A DNA stretch of 64,000 nucleotides, from the NCBI GenBank assembly GCA_965240325.2, contig OZ251226.1, forward strand, positions 2,418,001 to 2,482,000, in the 5' to 3' direction. Below are positions 35,931 through 47,430 of the stretch, one piece after another (within the stretch, counting starts at the first letter, position 1; the number at the start of each line of letters is the position of its first letter). This DNA comes from Rebecca billardiae RCC1528. Its lineage: Eukaryota > Protista > Haptophyta. The notes beneath the pieces are model-generated. The model worked only from the letters and a program-made list of their open reading frames with translations. It had not been told where the DNA came from and did no database searches. The position numbers and the translations under genes were made by a program.

Positions 35931-36440
35931 GGCTCCGGCTTCGGTCCACCCCCCCCCCCCCCCCGCAGTCCGGTCACTGGAGCGTTACATCTTGACACTG
36001 CAATCGGCGGGATCGCCGCCTCTGATGATCTACGATAGCTCCTAGACCACCCCAGGCGGTCCCTTGGACGGCATTACGGCCAGATGGATCATCATCATCA
36101 GCCACACCTCCAATAGGTTCAGACTCTATTTTCTATAACAAAATACCCAGCCCGGGTGCCATTTTCGCATATGTATACAGGTGCCCGGAACACTCCCGGA
36201 CTGTGCTGAAATATGAATAAGGGACGGGTAGTTACATAGTAAAAATAGAGTCTGAACCTACATATTGGGAGGTGGTCGGATGCAGACATTTCTCGTTGCG
36301 GTTGAAGTCATCATTCATCAATCGGGGGTCGGAAGGGCCTCTGCTGCATCAGCTGCATGGTCCGCTAGGTTGATTGACTTCGGCTCGGGGCCAAGACGCA
36401 ACGGAGCTGGGGGGGGGGGGGGGGGACCGAAGCCGGAGCC
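35931..36440. mobile_element. MITE-like TIR element (510 bp), GGCTCC termini, 4-bp TSD CAGC
   Basis: GGCTCCGGCTTCGGTCC+C-run ... G-run+GGACCGAAGCCGGAGCC; CAGC at 35927-35930 and 36441-36444. Confidence 0.85.
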
Positions 36441-37667
36441 CAGCCGTACAGTCAGACTTGGGACGAGCCCGTTACCAAACGGCGGAACGATTAACGAACA
36501 GCAGCGGCGGCCGTCGGAACCGCTCAACCGGAACGCGCGCAGCGCGGCGAGCCGGTGTATCGACGACACGGTCGTCGTCGAGTCCTCCGACGACAATAAA
36601 TACTAGAGCTGTAGCTACAGATTCCGTATAGCAATAGCTAATCAGACTTACGTATTGAAACTATGTACGTCTGAATTTAAGTAATTCGGCAATGCGCCAG
36701 CAATGGGCACTTCAGAGTTCAGATTTGTCCGATGACGGATGTCGATGAGACCGAGGATGATGTATATTCCGCCTTACCAGTTCCTCGGTCACGCAGGGGC
36801 TTATCACAGTGTCCCTGCAGACGTCGTCAGCAGCGTCGTCCGTGCGGACGAGCGGGCGGTGCAGGAGTCGTCCCACGCGGGTCACAAGTCAACGTCAAGG
36901 GCAAACGGCGGCCACCAGTAAACCGATAGGTCGTTAGGCAAATAGCGCCGGGGGGAAACAGACACGCGTCAGCCGTCACCGGCGGCTTGCGTTCGCCTGC
37001 GGGCAGCGGCGAAAGAGGGTTAAGGGGCCGAGCACGCTCGTGCCGGTTCGGGTTCACGGAGGGCAGGTACTGACAGCGAGTAGTACCTGGGACTCGACCA
37101 TCCCTGGCGGTTGGATCCAAGCGCCTGGAGAATAAACGAAAATTCCGAGCAGTGCAGCACGTCAGTAGGGGCGGCCCGTGGCCGTACTGTAGGCCATACT
37201 AGGGCCCCGGCTGCCCGTGGGGCGTGGGCGTGTTGCCAGCGGCAGCGCGGGCCTCCCAGGTGCCATGCGACTAATAATCGTCGTCTAAACTCTAATGAGT
37301 AATGACTATTGATTGACTATGCTGACCGTGACCTGTCTGTCCTGTCTCTCGGGGCCGGGCCCTCTGAGTGGGCCGCCTGGCCCGCACGGTTTTAATAACC
37401 CGGTTTACTGATTCACCAGCGGCGCGTTTTAGACGTGATGAGTGACGTCGCGCGTTAATGAGTACTACTGATTCGGAATATCCGAATATTGAATATGCGA
37501 TACGATATATATCTGCTATATATATATTGCCAATTGTAAATCAGTGTCGCTGTGTCGGACTATAGCTAGCTCAGCCTCCGAGAGCGTGCAGCCTGACAGG
37601 CGGTGAGGCGGTGACGGCGGAGAGCTGCGCGGGGCGGCGCAGCACCGATAGCATTGCGGGAGATGTC

Positions 37668-39656
37668 CTACCTCTCCTCTTCTGTGGCCCTATTCGCTGC
37701 CTCGTCCTCGCCCGACGCGGTCGATTCGGACGCCCTGCGCACCCGCTCCTGCGGCTCCGGCGGCGGCGCCTCGTTTGGGTCGGCCGCCTGGAAGGCGATC
37801 ACGTGGCCCGCGCTCGAGGAGACGGCGAGCACGCCGCGCGGGCCCCAGCACATGCGGCGCAGGTACGTGCCCACGCCGGCGACAAACGGCAGGTTGAACT
37901 CGACGGCCACGTCGAGCGTCACGCCGCCTGTCTTCTCGTCCGGGACGACCGTCAGCTCCTTGACGTGCGTGTCGCCCAGCACGGCGATGCGCTTGCCGTC
38001 GGGCGAGACGGACATGGCTGAGAGGTACGACTCGAAGACCTGCGGCCGAGGCCGGGGCGGCGCGCGCGGCGCGGCGCGGACGCGCGGGCGCGTGGGCGTG
38101 GGCGCGGGCTGGCGAGGACGGCGGGCCGCGCGCGCGCGCACGCGTCAAGCGCGCACCCGCGTGGTGATGAGCGCGCGCGGCCTGCGCGCGCTGTCCGCGT
38201 CCGCGGGCGGCTGCGGCATGCCCGGATTCGCGCGCTCGATCAGGAGCACCGGCACGAGGACGGTGAGGACGTAGCCGTTGCTCAGCCCGATGAGCAGCAC
38301 CTCGCCGCGCAGCCACTCGGCGGCGACGATCGCGCCATAGTCCTGCGGCACGAAGAAGCCCTCCTCCTTGAACATCGCCGCGTAGTCCATCACCGTCATC
38401 ACCTTGCGGCCGAGGTTCATCGCGATGAAGGGCGGGTCCGAGCGCGAGACGCGCACAAAGCTCGGCGTCGCCTGGTACGGGCCGGAGTCGTCGCGCACCT
38501 TGTCCTGCGGGATCTTGTTCTGCATCTTGTGCACCTTGAACTTGGAGAAGGTTCTCCACGACAGCTTGGCGTCCGAGATGGGCGCGCTCACCTTGAGCTA
38601 AGGGCAGGGGCGCGGGCGTGCGCGCGCGCGGGGGGCGGCACGCCACGCTCCGCGCGTCAGCCCAGCCATCCAGGCAGCATACATCCGCGCGAGGGGCTGG
38701 GGCACGCGGCCCCGGGGGAGGCGTGTATCCCGCGCGCGCGCATATCGCGCACCCGCGCCCCCGACGCGAGCGCCAGCGCGCCGGACTGCAGCCAGTCGCC
38801 GCACGTGATCTGGTTGTCCGCGTGCGTGATGCCCGGGATGGCGACAATCGACGGGTGGCGGCCGCGGCCCTGCTTCTCCAGACCGGCCTTGGCGCCCTTG
38901 CGGTGTGAGTACAGGTAGATGTCGCCCTTGTCGGAGCCGCAGCCGAGGACGCCGGGCTCGGTCGCGCTCCAGCGCACAAAGGCGATGCTGGCACTCTGTC
39001 CCGAGGTCGCGACGGGCTGGACGCCCTCGGCGTCCTGCGCGCGAGAGCGCGCGGCCAGCGCGCGCGCCCAGTGTGGCCCGCGCGCGCGCGAGCGATCGAT
39101 CAGCGCCGACGGCGCGGAGGGCCGCGCGCACAGCTCCACGCTGCTGCGGTGTGGTGCGCTCACTGCGCGCGAGCGCGCAGGGGTGCCACGCGCGCCTCGC
39201 ACAGCGCACGCCCGCCCGCCGCCTGCGCGCACGCACCGAGCACACCCAGATCCCCGCGCCCGGCAGGTGCAGGATGAGCAGCTTGCCCTCGGCGTCGTAC
39301 TGGAACACGGCCTCCCGCCCGTCCGGCATGGGCGCAGCCGGCGCCGGCAGCTGCAAGGGCGAGCCCACGGGCTTGCCCGAGAGGCTCCAGCGGCGGATAT
39401 CGGCTCCGGGCGTGTACGTCGCGAGGACGGGGCCGTTGGCGCCCGTGCCCCACGCCAGCTCCACCGGCTTACCCCCGTGCTCCTCGGGGGCGAGCACAAA
39501 CAGACGCTTGCCGCGCTCCAGAGCATGCCGCGGCGTCGCGAGCACCTTCTCCGAGGCGGCGCGCGGGGACTCCGCGATGTCCTCACCACCCATGTCGTGC
39601 TCGGCGCCCTCGACGCCAGCCGCCTTCGAGCGCTCCTCTATTCTCAGCTTGGACAT
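37668..39656 (-). CDS. Divergent WDR19/IFT144-like protein comprising only the first beta-propeller; ~4 exons
   Basis: KRLFVL..HG.KPVELAW, FVRWS..LGCGSDKGDIYLYSH, QITCGDW..LALAS, QDYGAIVAAEW..LLIGLSNGY, LSAMSVS..IAVLGD, LAVSSSAGHVIAF parallel the IFT144 N-terminus; stop follows a short charged tail. Confidence 0.7.
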
Positions 39657-40020
39657 GTCCAGGTTGAGCGGCACTGCGCGCGAGCGGCGGGAACGCGAGC
39701 GGCCGAGCGGTGGGCCCGTCGGCGACGGCGGGCAGGGGGTGCGCAGGGCGTGACGCGCAGGCCACTGGTGGTGCGCGCGCACGTTTCGTCGTGCTCCCCT
39801 GATCCGCCATGCTTCAGGACGGCCTCGGCCTGCAGTGGACTGCGCCACCCTGCTTGCAGTGGACTCCACCAGCCTGCCCAGGCGACAGGTGAGCAGAGCA
39901 GGTGGAGCCTGATGGCTGCGGGTCGGGCGCTCGGCGGCCCTCGCTCGCCGCCGGCCAGGCTCACGCGGCCGGATTGCCGGAAGCATCGATCGTCATCGAT
40001 CGATGGTGCGTCTCTCGATA

Positions 40021-41725
40021 ATGACGCTCGCGTGGTGCGCGTCGCTACTCGGGCGCGCGGCAGGGGCACGTGCGATGGCGACTCGTGGCGGACGGGTGTT
40101 GCTGGCGCATCGCGTGTCGCACTCCGCGTCGGCGAGCGCAGCGCCATCGCGCGCGCGAGCCACGATGGCCGCGCCGGCACGCAGTGCGGTGCGGCGCGTT
40201 CTCGAGAGCTCGGACGAGGTGGTGGGCACGGAGGTGCTGGTGAAGGGGTGGGTGCGCACGATCAGGTCGCAGAAGACGCTGAGCTTCGTTGAAGTCAACG
40301 ACGGCTCCTCGCTCAAGGGTCTTCAGGTCGTCGCCGAGTCCGAGCGCATGAAGGACTATGAGGCGGTGATTGCACGCATCGGCACCGGTGCTGCTGTGGC
40401 CGCGCGCGGGACGGTGGTGCGCAGCAAGGGCAAGGGCCAGCTGTACGAGGTGCAGGCGACGGAGATGGAGGTGATCGGCGAGTGCGACGAGAGCTACCCG
40501 CTGCAGAAGAAGCGCCACTCCCTCGAGTTCCTTCGCACGATCGCGCACCTGCGGCCGCGCACCAACACGATCGGAGCGGTCGCACGCGTGCGCTCGGCGC
40601 TCGCCCAGGCGACGCACGCCTTCTTCGAGCGAGAGGGCTTCCACTACGTTCAGACGCCGATCGTCACGGCGTCGGATTGCGAGGGCGCCGGCGAGATGTT
40701 CCGCGTGAGCACGCTCCCAGCCGAGATCGACAAGCTGCCGACCACGAGCGCCGACGAGGCCGGAGGCGCCAAGGCGGTCGACTACACGGAGGACTTCTTT
40801 GGCAAGGCGGCGTTCCTCACGGTCTCGGGCCAGCTCGCGGCGGAGACGTACGCGTGCGCGCTCGGCAACGTGTACACCTTCGGCCCCACCTTCCGCGCCG
40901 AGAACAGCCAGACCAACCGCCACCTCGCCGAGTTCCACATGATCGAGCCGGAGATGGCCTTTGCCGAGCTGAGCGACGTGATGGACAACGCCGAGGCGTA
41001 CGTCAAGTACGTGGTGAGCACGGCGCGCGAGCGCTGCGCGGCGGACTTCGACTTCTTTTGCGCGTTCGTCGACAAGGAGCTCGGCCCGCGCCTTGACGCC
41101 CTCGTCGGCGAGCCATTCGCCCGCGTCCCGTACGCCGAGGCGGTGGATCTGCTGCGCGCTGAGATTGCCAAGGACCCGTCCAAGTGGGAATTCCCCGAGG
41201 TCGAGTTCGGCTCCGACCTGGCGTCCGAGCACGAGCGTTGGCTCGCCGAGGCGCACTTCAAAAGGCCGGTCTTCGTGTACAACTACCCACGCGAGATCAA
41301 GTCGTTCTACATGCGCGACAATGACGACGGTGCGCTCGTGCCACGCGAGCGACGCGCGCGCGCCGTGCCTGCCTGATGCTCTGAGCGCCCCATCGCGCTG
41401 CTGATCCTCGGCGCGTGATCGCGCGCACCCCCGCGTGCACGCAGGCAAGACAGTCGCGGCAATGGACCTACTCGTCCCCGGCGTCGGCGAGCTCATCGGC
41501 GGGAGCCAGCGCGAGGAGCGCCTGGACGCGCTACGCCGAAAGATGGCAGAGGGCGGGCTGCGCGAGGAGGACTATTGGTGGTACCTCGACCTGCGCAAGT
41601 ATGGCTCGGTGCCGCACGCGGGCTACGGGCTCGGCTTCGAGCGGCTCGTGTGCTACGTGACAGGCACGGCCAACATCCGCGACGCGATTGCGTTCCCGCG
41701 CTTTCCCGGCGGGTGTGAGTTTTAG
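40021..41725 (+). CDS. asnS: Asparagine-tRNA ligase, organellar (bacterial-type), 2 exons
   Basis: [65 protein letters not shown]; intron 41330-41444. Confidence 0.96.
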
Positions 41726-41828
41726 TCGATATGCTGACGATAGTGATAGCTACGGCTGCACGGTCCGGTCATTACATTACAGTAAACGCTCAGCAGGCAA
41801 CGCAGTTCGACACTCCTGTAACATTGCC

Positions 41829-42791
41829 GGCTCCAGCCACAGTCAGGGACGTCCACTGACCCTATGGCCATGGGGGGGGTGCATTTAGACGAACCCCTGG
41901 GAGCCAGGGAGCGATGAGGGTACCAATCGAAAGATCTCCGGGGCGGCGGACGAAGCCGCAGGTTCAAAACCGAAGCCGCAGACGATTTCGTATGATGTAT
42001 GTTTCTTTGTCCTTGAACGCGTCGTCACAGCCGAACACGGAGGACTCCATCGTGCTGAACTTTTTTTTGGGCTCCCGGACCGGTCTCTCGCACGATGGAG
42101 CTCCGCCGAGCGGGCGAGGAGACGAGACGCCTTGGAGGCCTTGATCCGGGCGCATCCGCTGGTTGGCCGCGGCACCCTGTCGCGCTCGCGCCCCGGGTGC
42201 ACCTTCGTGCACTGAGAGTCACCGATGGGCGAGAAGCTGCTCGTCGACTCGAGCAAGCTGCGCGCTGTCCGCGTCGAGCTGCTCGCGCCGGCGGCCACAC
42301 CTCGCGGCGGTGCGGGCGTGCGCATGAGCTTGTCGGCTTCTAGCTGCTCGCGCCCCGGGCCGCGCCGTCAGCTCGTGGTGCCACGGGTATGCGCACGAGC
42401 TCGTGCTTGGCTGCAGCTCCTCAGAGGACTGCCACAGCTGGCTGGCTCAGAGCTTGTTCGCGAGTGCTGAGGTGCGGCGTGGCCTGCGCGGTGCGCCGCA
42501 GCGGTCAATGCGTTGCTCGATCCTGCACTGCGCTACGTCTTGACTCGCGAGGGAGGCGCCGATATCGGGGCTGTGTGTAATGCGTCATGGCCGCCCCCGG
42601 CGCAGAGCCGACGCCGCACGACGCAGCCCTCAGCCAACACCAGCGAACACGGTCTGCTATGCGAATTCTGGCGAGTTGGGTCCTTATTGAGGCGTATTTG
42701 GTCCTTCGATCGGCTGGGGGGAAGCCCCCCCAGACCCCCCCAGAGAGTCTGAATGCACCCCTGCTGGACGTCCCGGACAGTGACCGGAGCC
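41829..42791. mobile_element. TIR element (963 bp), GGCTCC termini, 4-bp TSD TGCC
   Basis: Left GGCTCCAGCCACAGTCAGGGACGTCCA..GGGGTGCATTTAGAC versus right reverse complement GGCTCCGGTCACTGTCCGGGACGTCCAGCAGGGGTGCATTCAGAC; TGCC at 41825-41828 and 42792-42795. Confidence 0.8.
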
Positions 42792-42939
42792 TGCCGCTGA
42801 TATAATATGGTGATAAAATACGTTCGTCTGCGACTGCGGCTAACTGGCAACTGCTCTGTCCGGTCCGTCTCCGAGTTATTTCGATCTGACTACGAATATA
42901 TCTGGCGAATTCAATTTGCCGGTAGTACGCGCGCAGTCA

Positions 42940-43809
42940 TCACGAGGCGCGCGCACCGGCATGAGCCTGAGCAACGTCCGAACCCCTGCCGATGTGCGTG
43001 TTGATGCTGTCGCGAGTGCATCCCTCAAACGGCAGGAAGAGGTCGTCGAGCCATTGCTCCTTAATGGCAGCATGGTCGACATGGCGCAAGCGGAAGTAGA
43101 CCTGGTACCGGATGTGCGGGGAGAGGTTGGGCGTGCCGAAGTGTGGCAGCTTCTGATGAGCGAGCACCGCGTCGCCAGCTCGCATCTCGAGTAAACGCGG
43201 TGGGCCTAGATCTGGCTTGCGCTCGGCCGCAGCATTGGCTGCTGGCGCGGAGTCGTCTCCGATCAGGGAGAAGTGTGCGGCTCGGGCTGCCACTTGCTCG
43301 CGCACCGCCTGTTGCAGCGTCACGTGCGCCCCGGGGTGCACTGCAAGATTGCCGTAACCCGCCGCAGGGGCGTCAGAGAGGCACACGCCAACGAGCAGCG
43401 TAAACGGGGAGTGCTGCCCGTTTTTGGCGAACCCATCGATGTGCCAACAGCGGCCTCCGAGAGCGTGCACGTCGGCATCGGCCATGGTTGGGAAGCGCAG
43501 AGATACTTGCGCAAGGTGCACAGGGGCCACGCATCCATGGCCGATGAGCGACTGGACGGCCACGGGAAGCGCCGAGGCATGATACAGGTCGACGAGTTCG
43601 GGCGCCCCCTTCTCGTCGGCCGCGAGGCCGAACGAGCCCTGCGCTTCCGACACGAGCTTGCCGGTCCCAATGGCCGCATTGATGCGCCTGAGTGCCCGAT
43701 CCACGAGATCGGGACCCACGGCCTGAGGTAGAATGACGTAGCCGTCGGACATGAACGCCTGCAGCTGCTCGGTCGTGAGCGCAGGGCACGGTGCATCGGG
43801 GGACGCCAT
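42940..43809 (-). CDS. Phytanoyl-CoA dioxygenase (PhyH)-family 2OG-Fe(II) oxygenase
   Basis: LTTEQLQAFMSDGYVIL, WHIDG (HxD), GNLAVHPGAH, AGDAVLAH..LPH, IRYQVYFR. Confidence 0.9.
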   Translation of the reverse strand: MASPDAPCPALTTEQLQAFMSDGYVILPQAVGPDLVDRALRRINAAIGTGKLVSEAQGSFGLAADEKGAPELVDLYHASALPVAVQSLIGHGCVAPVHLAQVSLRFPTMADADVHALGGRCWHIDGFAKNGQHSPFTLLVGVCLSDAPAAGYGNLAVHPGAHVTLQQAVREQVAARAAHFSLIGDDSAPAANAAAERKPDLGPPRLLEMRAGDAVLAHQKLPHFGTPNLSPHIRYQVYFRLRHVDHAAIKEQWLDDLFLPFEGCTRDSINTHIGRGSDVAQAHAGARAS

Positions 43810-43911
43810 CGTTCTGATCGCCACCAAGGAGCGCCGCAGATCGCGCGCGAGATACTGATCAAGACCGCGCCGAGGGAGGACCGCGACGGCGACCTAGCGT
43901 TCACCGAGCAC

Positions 43912-44700
43912 ATGAGCGGCGCTGGGCTTGGCTCGCGCCTCCGTGCTCTGGAGGGCAACTGGGCGCGCGAGCAAGACAAGGACATCCTTCGGCGCACCGC
44001 CGGCGCTGGAATGAGCAAGCGTCCAGAGAAGAAGCCGGCGTTCTCACCCGCGGCCTCGGCCGATGTCCTGCCTGAGGTGCTCGCGCACTTCCTGCCGATC
44101 ACGAAGGATGATCTGGACGGGTCAAAGGCGCAGGTACGCGTGACGCAGACCCGACGCAAGCCGTTCGCCAAGTCGCCACCGCCGGGGCCCACGGTTTCTG
44201 ACCGCGCGGTGATGGAGTCGACTCTGCGCCTCGCCGCCCCGGCCTTCAAGACCACCGACGTTTTCCGCTCAGCGCAGGATGCGATCAGCGCGCCGCCGGC
44301 GCCGATCCCATGGCACCGTGTGCGGCGTGCCCCCGCCGCCGACCCGGCATTGGTCGCGGCGGGCGCCTTTGCCGCCGGCACCGCCCTCTGCTTGGCCGGT
44401 GCCTGTGCAGCGTTCCTGACGCTCAAGTTTGCATGCGGCATCCACACCACAGAGGATCTCGCGACGGCAATGCGCGCGCGGGTGCCCGGCTTTGCCGCGA
44501 GTGTGCGCGACGGCCCTGTCGGGCGCGCCGCAGCGAGTCTCGCAGACACGGCCCGCTCCGCTCTGCCGAGCTCAGAGCAGAGCGGCGAGCTTGCCGCGGC
44601 GCTCGCGCGAGACCGCATGCTTCGCGCAGAGCGGCGCGATGCGACAGCTGCCGCGACATCAAATGCGTCGTCCGGCCGGGGCGACTCGCCATCGCAGTGA
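43912..44700 (+). CDS. Hypothetical membrane protein (possible AIM11/TMEM242-like segment)
   Basis: 262-aa ORF divergent from PhyH; hydrophobic ALVAAGAFAAGTALCLAG..GIHTTEDLATAMR segment. Confidence 0.6.
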   Translation: MSGAGLGSRLRALEGNWAREQDKDILRRTAGAGMSKRPEKKPAFSPAASADVLPEVLAHFLPITKDDLDGSKAQVRVTQTRRKPFAKSPPPGPTVSDRAVMESTLRLAAPAFKTTDVFRSAQDAISAPPAPIPWHRVRRAPAADPALVAAGAFAAGTALCLAGACAAFLTLKFACGIHTTEDLATAMRARVPGFAASVRDGPVGRAAASLADTARSALPSSEQSGELAAALARDRMLRAERRDATAAATSNASSGRGDSPSQ

Positions 44701-45090
44701 CAATGACGCTGGCCCTATTGCGCGTCACGAACATGGCCACTCGCGAGGCCTGCGACTGCTGCCGTTGCCGCCTGGCCCGTTCGGGCAGTCCGCACTCCGC
44801 GTCCACGGCGCCGGTCGCCCGGTGCTCTGATCGCTATGCACTGAGGCTGCTTCGTCGTCATTACATCGCCCGTCGGGCCGTGCGCGTGCGGCGGCCCCCG
44901 CCCGTGGGCGTGGCGCATGACGAGTTGCCGCCTACCTGAGTGCCGGTGGCGTCGCTCCGGTCACTCGGATGAACTCATTCTATGATTTAACGACACAGGT
45001 AGGACGGCGCAGGTCTCCTGATTCGTCGTCTGTCTTGACAGTAGTCCGCCTTTTTTAAAAATAGTCGTAGTCACCAAAGATCCGGCCCCT

Positions 45091-46705
45091 GGCTTATCCC
45101 ACAAACCCACGGGCGGCGCCCCGAGCCGGGCAGCGACACGATGGCGGCCACGCGCGGCGCGCTCGTTCGCTCACATACGGCCGCTGCGGGTGCGCGCGCG
45201 CTGCGGGCGCGGGTCAGGACACCTACCGGCCTCATTCGCGCGCGCTCCCGCCCTCCCTCGCCGCCCTCGCCGCGCGCAGGCACCATCTGCTTTGTGTGCA
45301 ACGCATCACGCCCGCCCGCCCGCCGCGCCGCAACGCGCGCGCGCGCGCGCAGGAGGGCTTTTAAGGGCGAGTTCTCGCGTCTGCCTGGTGCGCATGTGTT
45401 TGCCGTGGATGCGCAACCCCCGCTTGCTGGCGTGCGTGGACGTGCTCGGCGGCAAACGCGGGTTTCGGCACCTGCAACAGGCTCGTTCTCCCACCGGTGT
45501 CAAGGTATTGATGTTTCGAGCAAAACCGGCCAAAATGGCGGATTTCCCAGGCTGCGGGCTGGTGTCTGATTGCTGATTGATGCTGTGTGCTGGGCGCCAT
45601 GGTGAGACTAAGTACTATGACACTGACACTGCTGTCAGACTTCGCCGCCGCGGCATACGACTACACACACCGCCGTGTTTGTATACACGCATCGTCAGCA
45701 ACCTGTCGCGCTCACCCGTCATCACTCAGCGTCAGAATCGTCAGCTACTTACGTCAGACATCGTCAGCGACCGCGCCGCGCCCGCCGACTCGTCCGTCGC
45801 TCGCAACCGTCAGGTCAAGATCCACCGCCGCGTCGTCGTCGCGTGCGCGTGCAGCCTGGCCGAGACGGCCGTCGTGCCGACAGCTGTCCTGAGCCGGCAC
45901 CATCGAGCGCCCGCGCGTCTCCGTCTTGACCGAGCACTTCATCGCCGACGCGAGCGCAGACTCGGTCTTCGGCGCGTCGACGGTGCGTGCCGGCCTCGCC
46001 CGTCGTGGTCGGGGGGCGCTATGATGACTGATCGAGCAGTCATCATAGCACTGCGTAGCGGGCGGGAGAGTTGACTCGCGTGCTGACTTGTTCATCGCCA
46101 TGCCGCGCGGCGCTGACCATAGACGCATCAGGCAGCGCGCGCGTGTGAACGACAGATCCGCCTTCGCTGATCATCAGACCAGCTGAGTGCCAAGGAACAA
46201 GTTGGGCTGCCCGTGTCAGGTGAGCCGCGTCGACGCGTTGCATAGCGCAGCAGATGACAACATTATCAACAAGGGCAGGTACACGCGCAGCATCAGTGCC
46301 GCTTCCTCCGTGCACGATGCCGATGTGCGCTTGCGCAATCGGCCCGGCCAAGCTGACATTCGGCTCGCACAGCGCCGCTCTGACCGATGACGCGAAGCGA
46401 GCGCCCAAGGAGCAGGCTTGGCGGACGAAGAGATGACGCATGCGGTAGTGATCTGTCACTAGCGCGTGCGTGACGAGCGCACGAGGTGCCAAGATGCGCG
46501 TTCAGCGCGCGCAACCGCGGCGGACGTCGCCTCCCTGCGCAGGCGGGCTCACCGCCGGTCCGCCGGCAGAGCGCCCACCCCGCGCACGCGCGAACCGTAT
46601 GAAAGAGCGCCCGGACCGCAGCCGCTCGTTAGGCGCGGCTGCGGTCCGGGCGCTCTTTCAGCCGAGCGCCCTCCCGTCCACGGGCGTGGGTTTGTGGCAT
46701 AAGCC
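45091..46705. mobile_element. Non-autonomous TIR element (1.6 kb), GGC termini, TSD CCT (Harbinger-like; a 9-bp TSD reading is also possible)
   Basis: GGCTTATCCCACAAACCCACG (from 45091) versus CGTGGGTTTGTGGCATAAGCC (to 46705); GCCCCTGGCT spans both junctions. Confidence 0.75.
46600..46660. repeat. Perfect 26-bp-stem hairpin, 9-nt loop
   Basis: TGAAAGAGCGCCCGGACCGCAGCCGC-tcgttaggc-GCGGCTGCGGTCCGGGCGCTCTTTCA. Confidence 0.95.
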
Positions 46706-46816
46706 CCTGGCTCCGGGAACCAGTCCGGGAGACTCTCCAATTGCCGAGCGACTTGAGACTGTCATTCGCCGTGCTGCAGCAACTCTTCTGGACGCGGCCG
46801 CTCCATCGTGATCACG

Positions 46817-47302
46817 ATGTTCCGATTCGGGCGCGTGGCGTTCCGTGGTGCGATGGCTGCTGGCGCGCTGAGCGCTAGTATGCTCGCGACCATGCCCAGT
46901 GTCGCCGAATGCCATTGCCAGGTGCCCTGTGGCATCTTCGACGACCCGATGCGCGTGCAGATGCTCAAGGAGGATGCGGCGACAATTCGCAAGGCGATCT
47001 CGCAGATTCGAGAGCTCAGTGGCTCCGGCCACATCAAGGCCCAGGAGCTCAACCAGGCCACTCGGTGGATCATGACAAAGGAGGAGCACGCGTCTCACAT
47101 CATTGAGCTCGTGTCCACCTACATGCTCGCGCAGCGTGTGAAGGAGGGGCTCTTCAAATCAAAGGCAGAGTACCTCCAGGCGCTCGAGGTGCACCATGCG
47201 GTCATGCAAGCGGCGATGAAGGCCAAGCAGACGACAGACGTGGCAGCATGTGACGCGTTGGATCATGCGCTCCAGGACCTCTCCCCCATGTACACCAAGT
47301 GA
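46817..47302 (+). CDS. sodN: Nickel superoxide dismutase with organellar-type presequence
   Basis: Ni-hook HCQVPCGIFDD; NQATRWIMTKEEHA; AAMKAKQ. Confidence 0.95.
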   Translation: MFRFGRVAFRGAMAAGALSASMLATMPSVAECHCQVPCGIFDDPMRVQMLKEDAATIRKAISQIRELSGSGHIKAQELNQATRWIMTKEEHASHIIELVSTYMLAQRVKEGLFKSKAEYLQALEVHHAVMQAAMKAKQTTDVAACDALDHALQDLSPMYTK

Positions 47303-47356
47303 TTCAATGATCTGGCGTCGTGCGTTCCGAGGGGCGTCAGAGTTCCGGGGAATGAC

Positions 47357-47430
47357 ACGGTGCTACAGTTTACTATGTTTTAACGTGCACACTTGGTTAA
47401 GGCGTGATTGACGCCATCCAACACTGCACA
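47357..47430 (-). mobile_element. Diverged SINE-like fragment (related subfamily; a similar tail lies at 172-201 on +)
   Basis: CACGGTGCTACAGTTTA is shared with 35631; GTGTGCACGTTAAAWCATAGTAAACTGTA matches 172-201. Confidence 0.55.
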
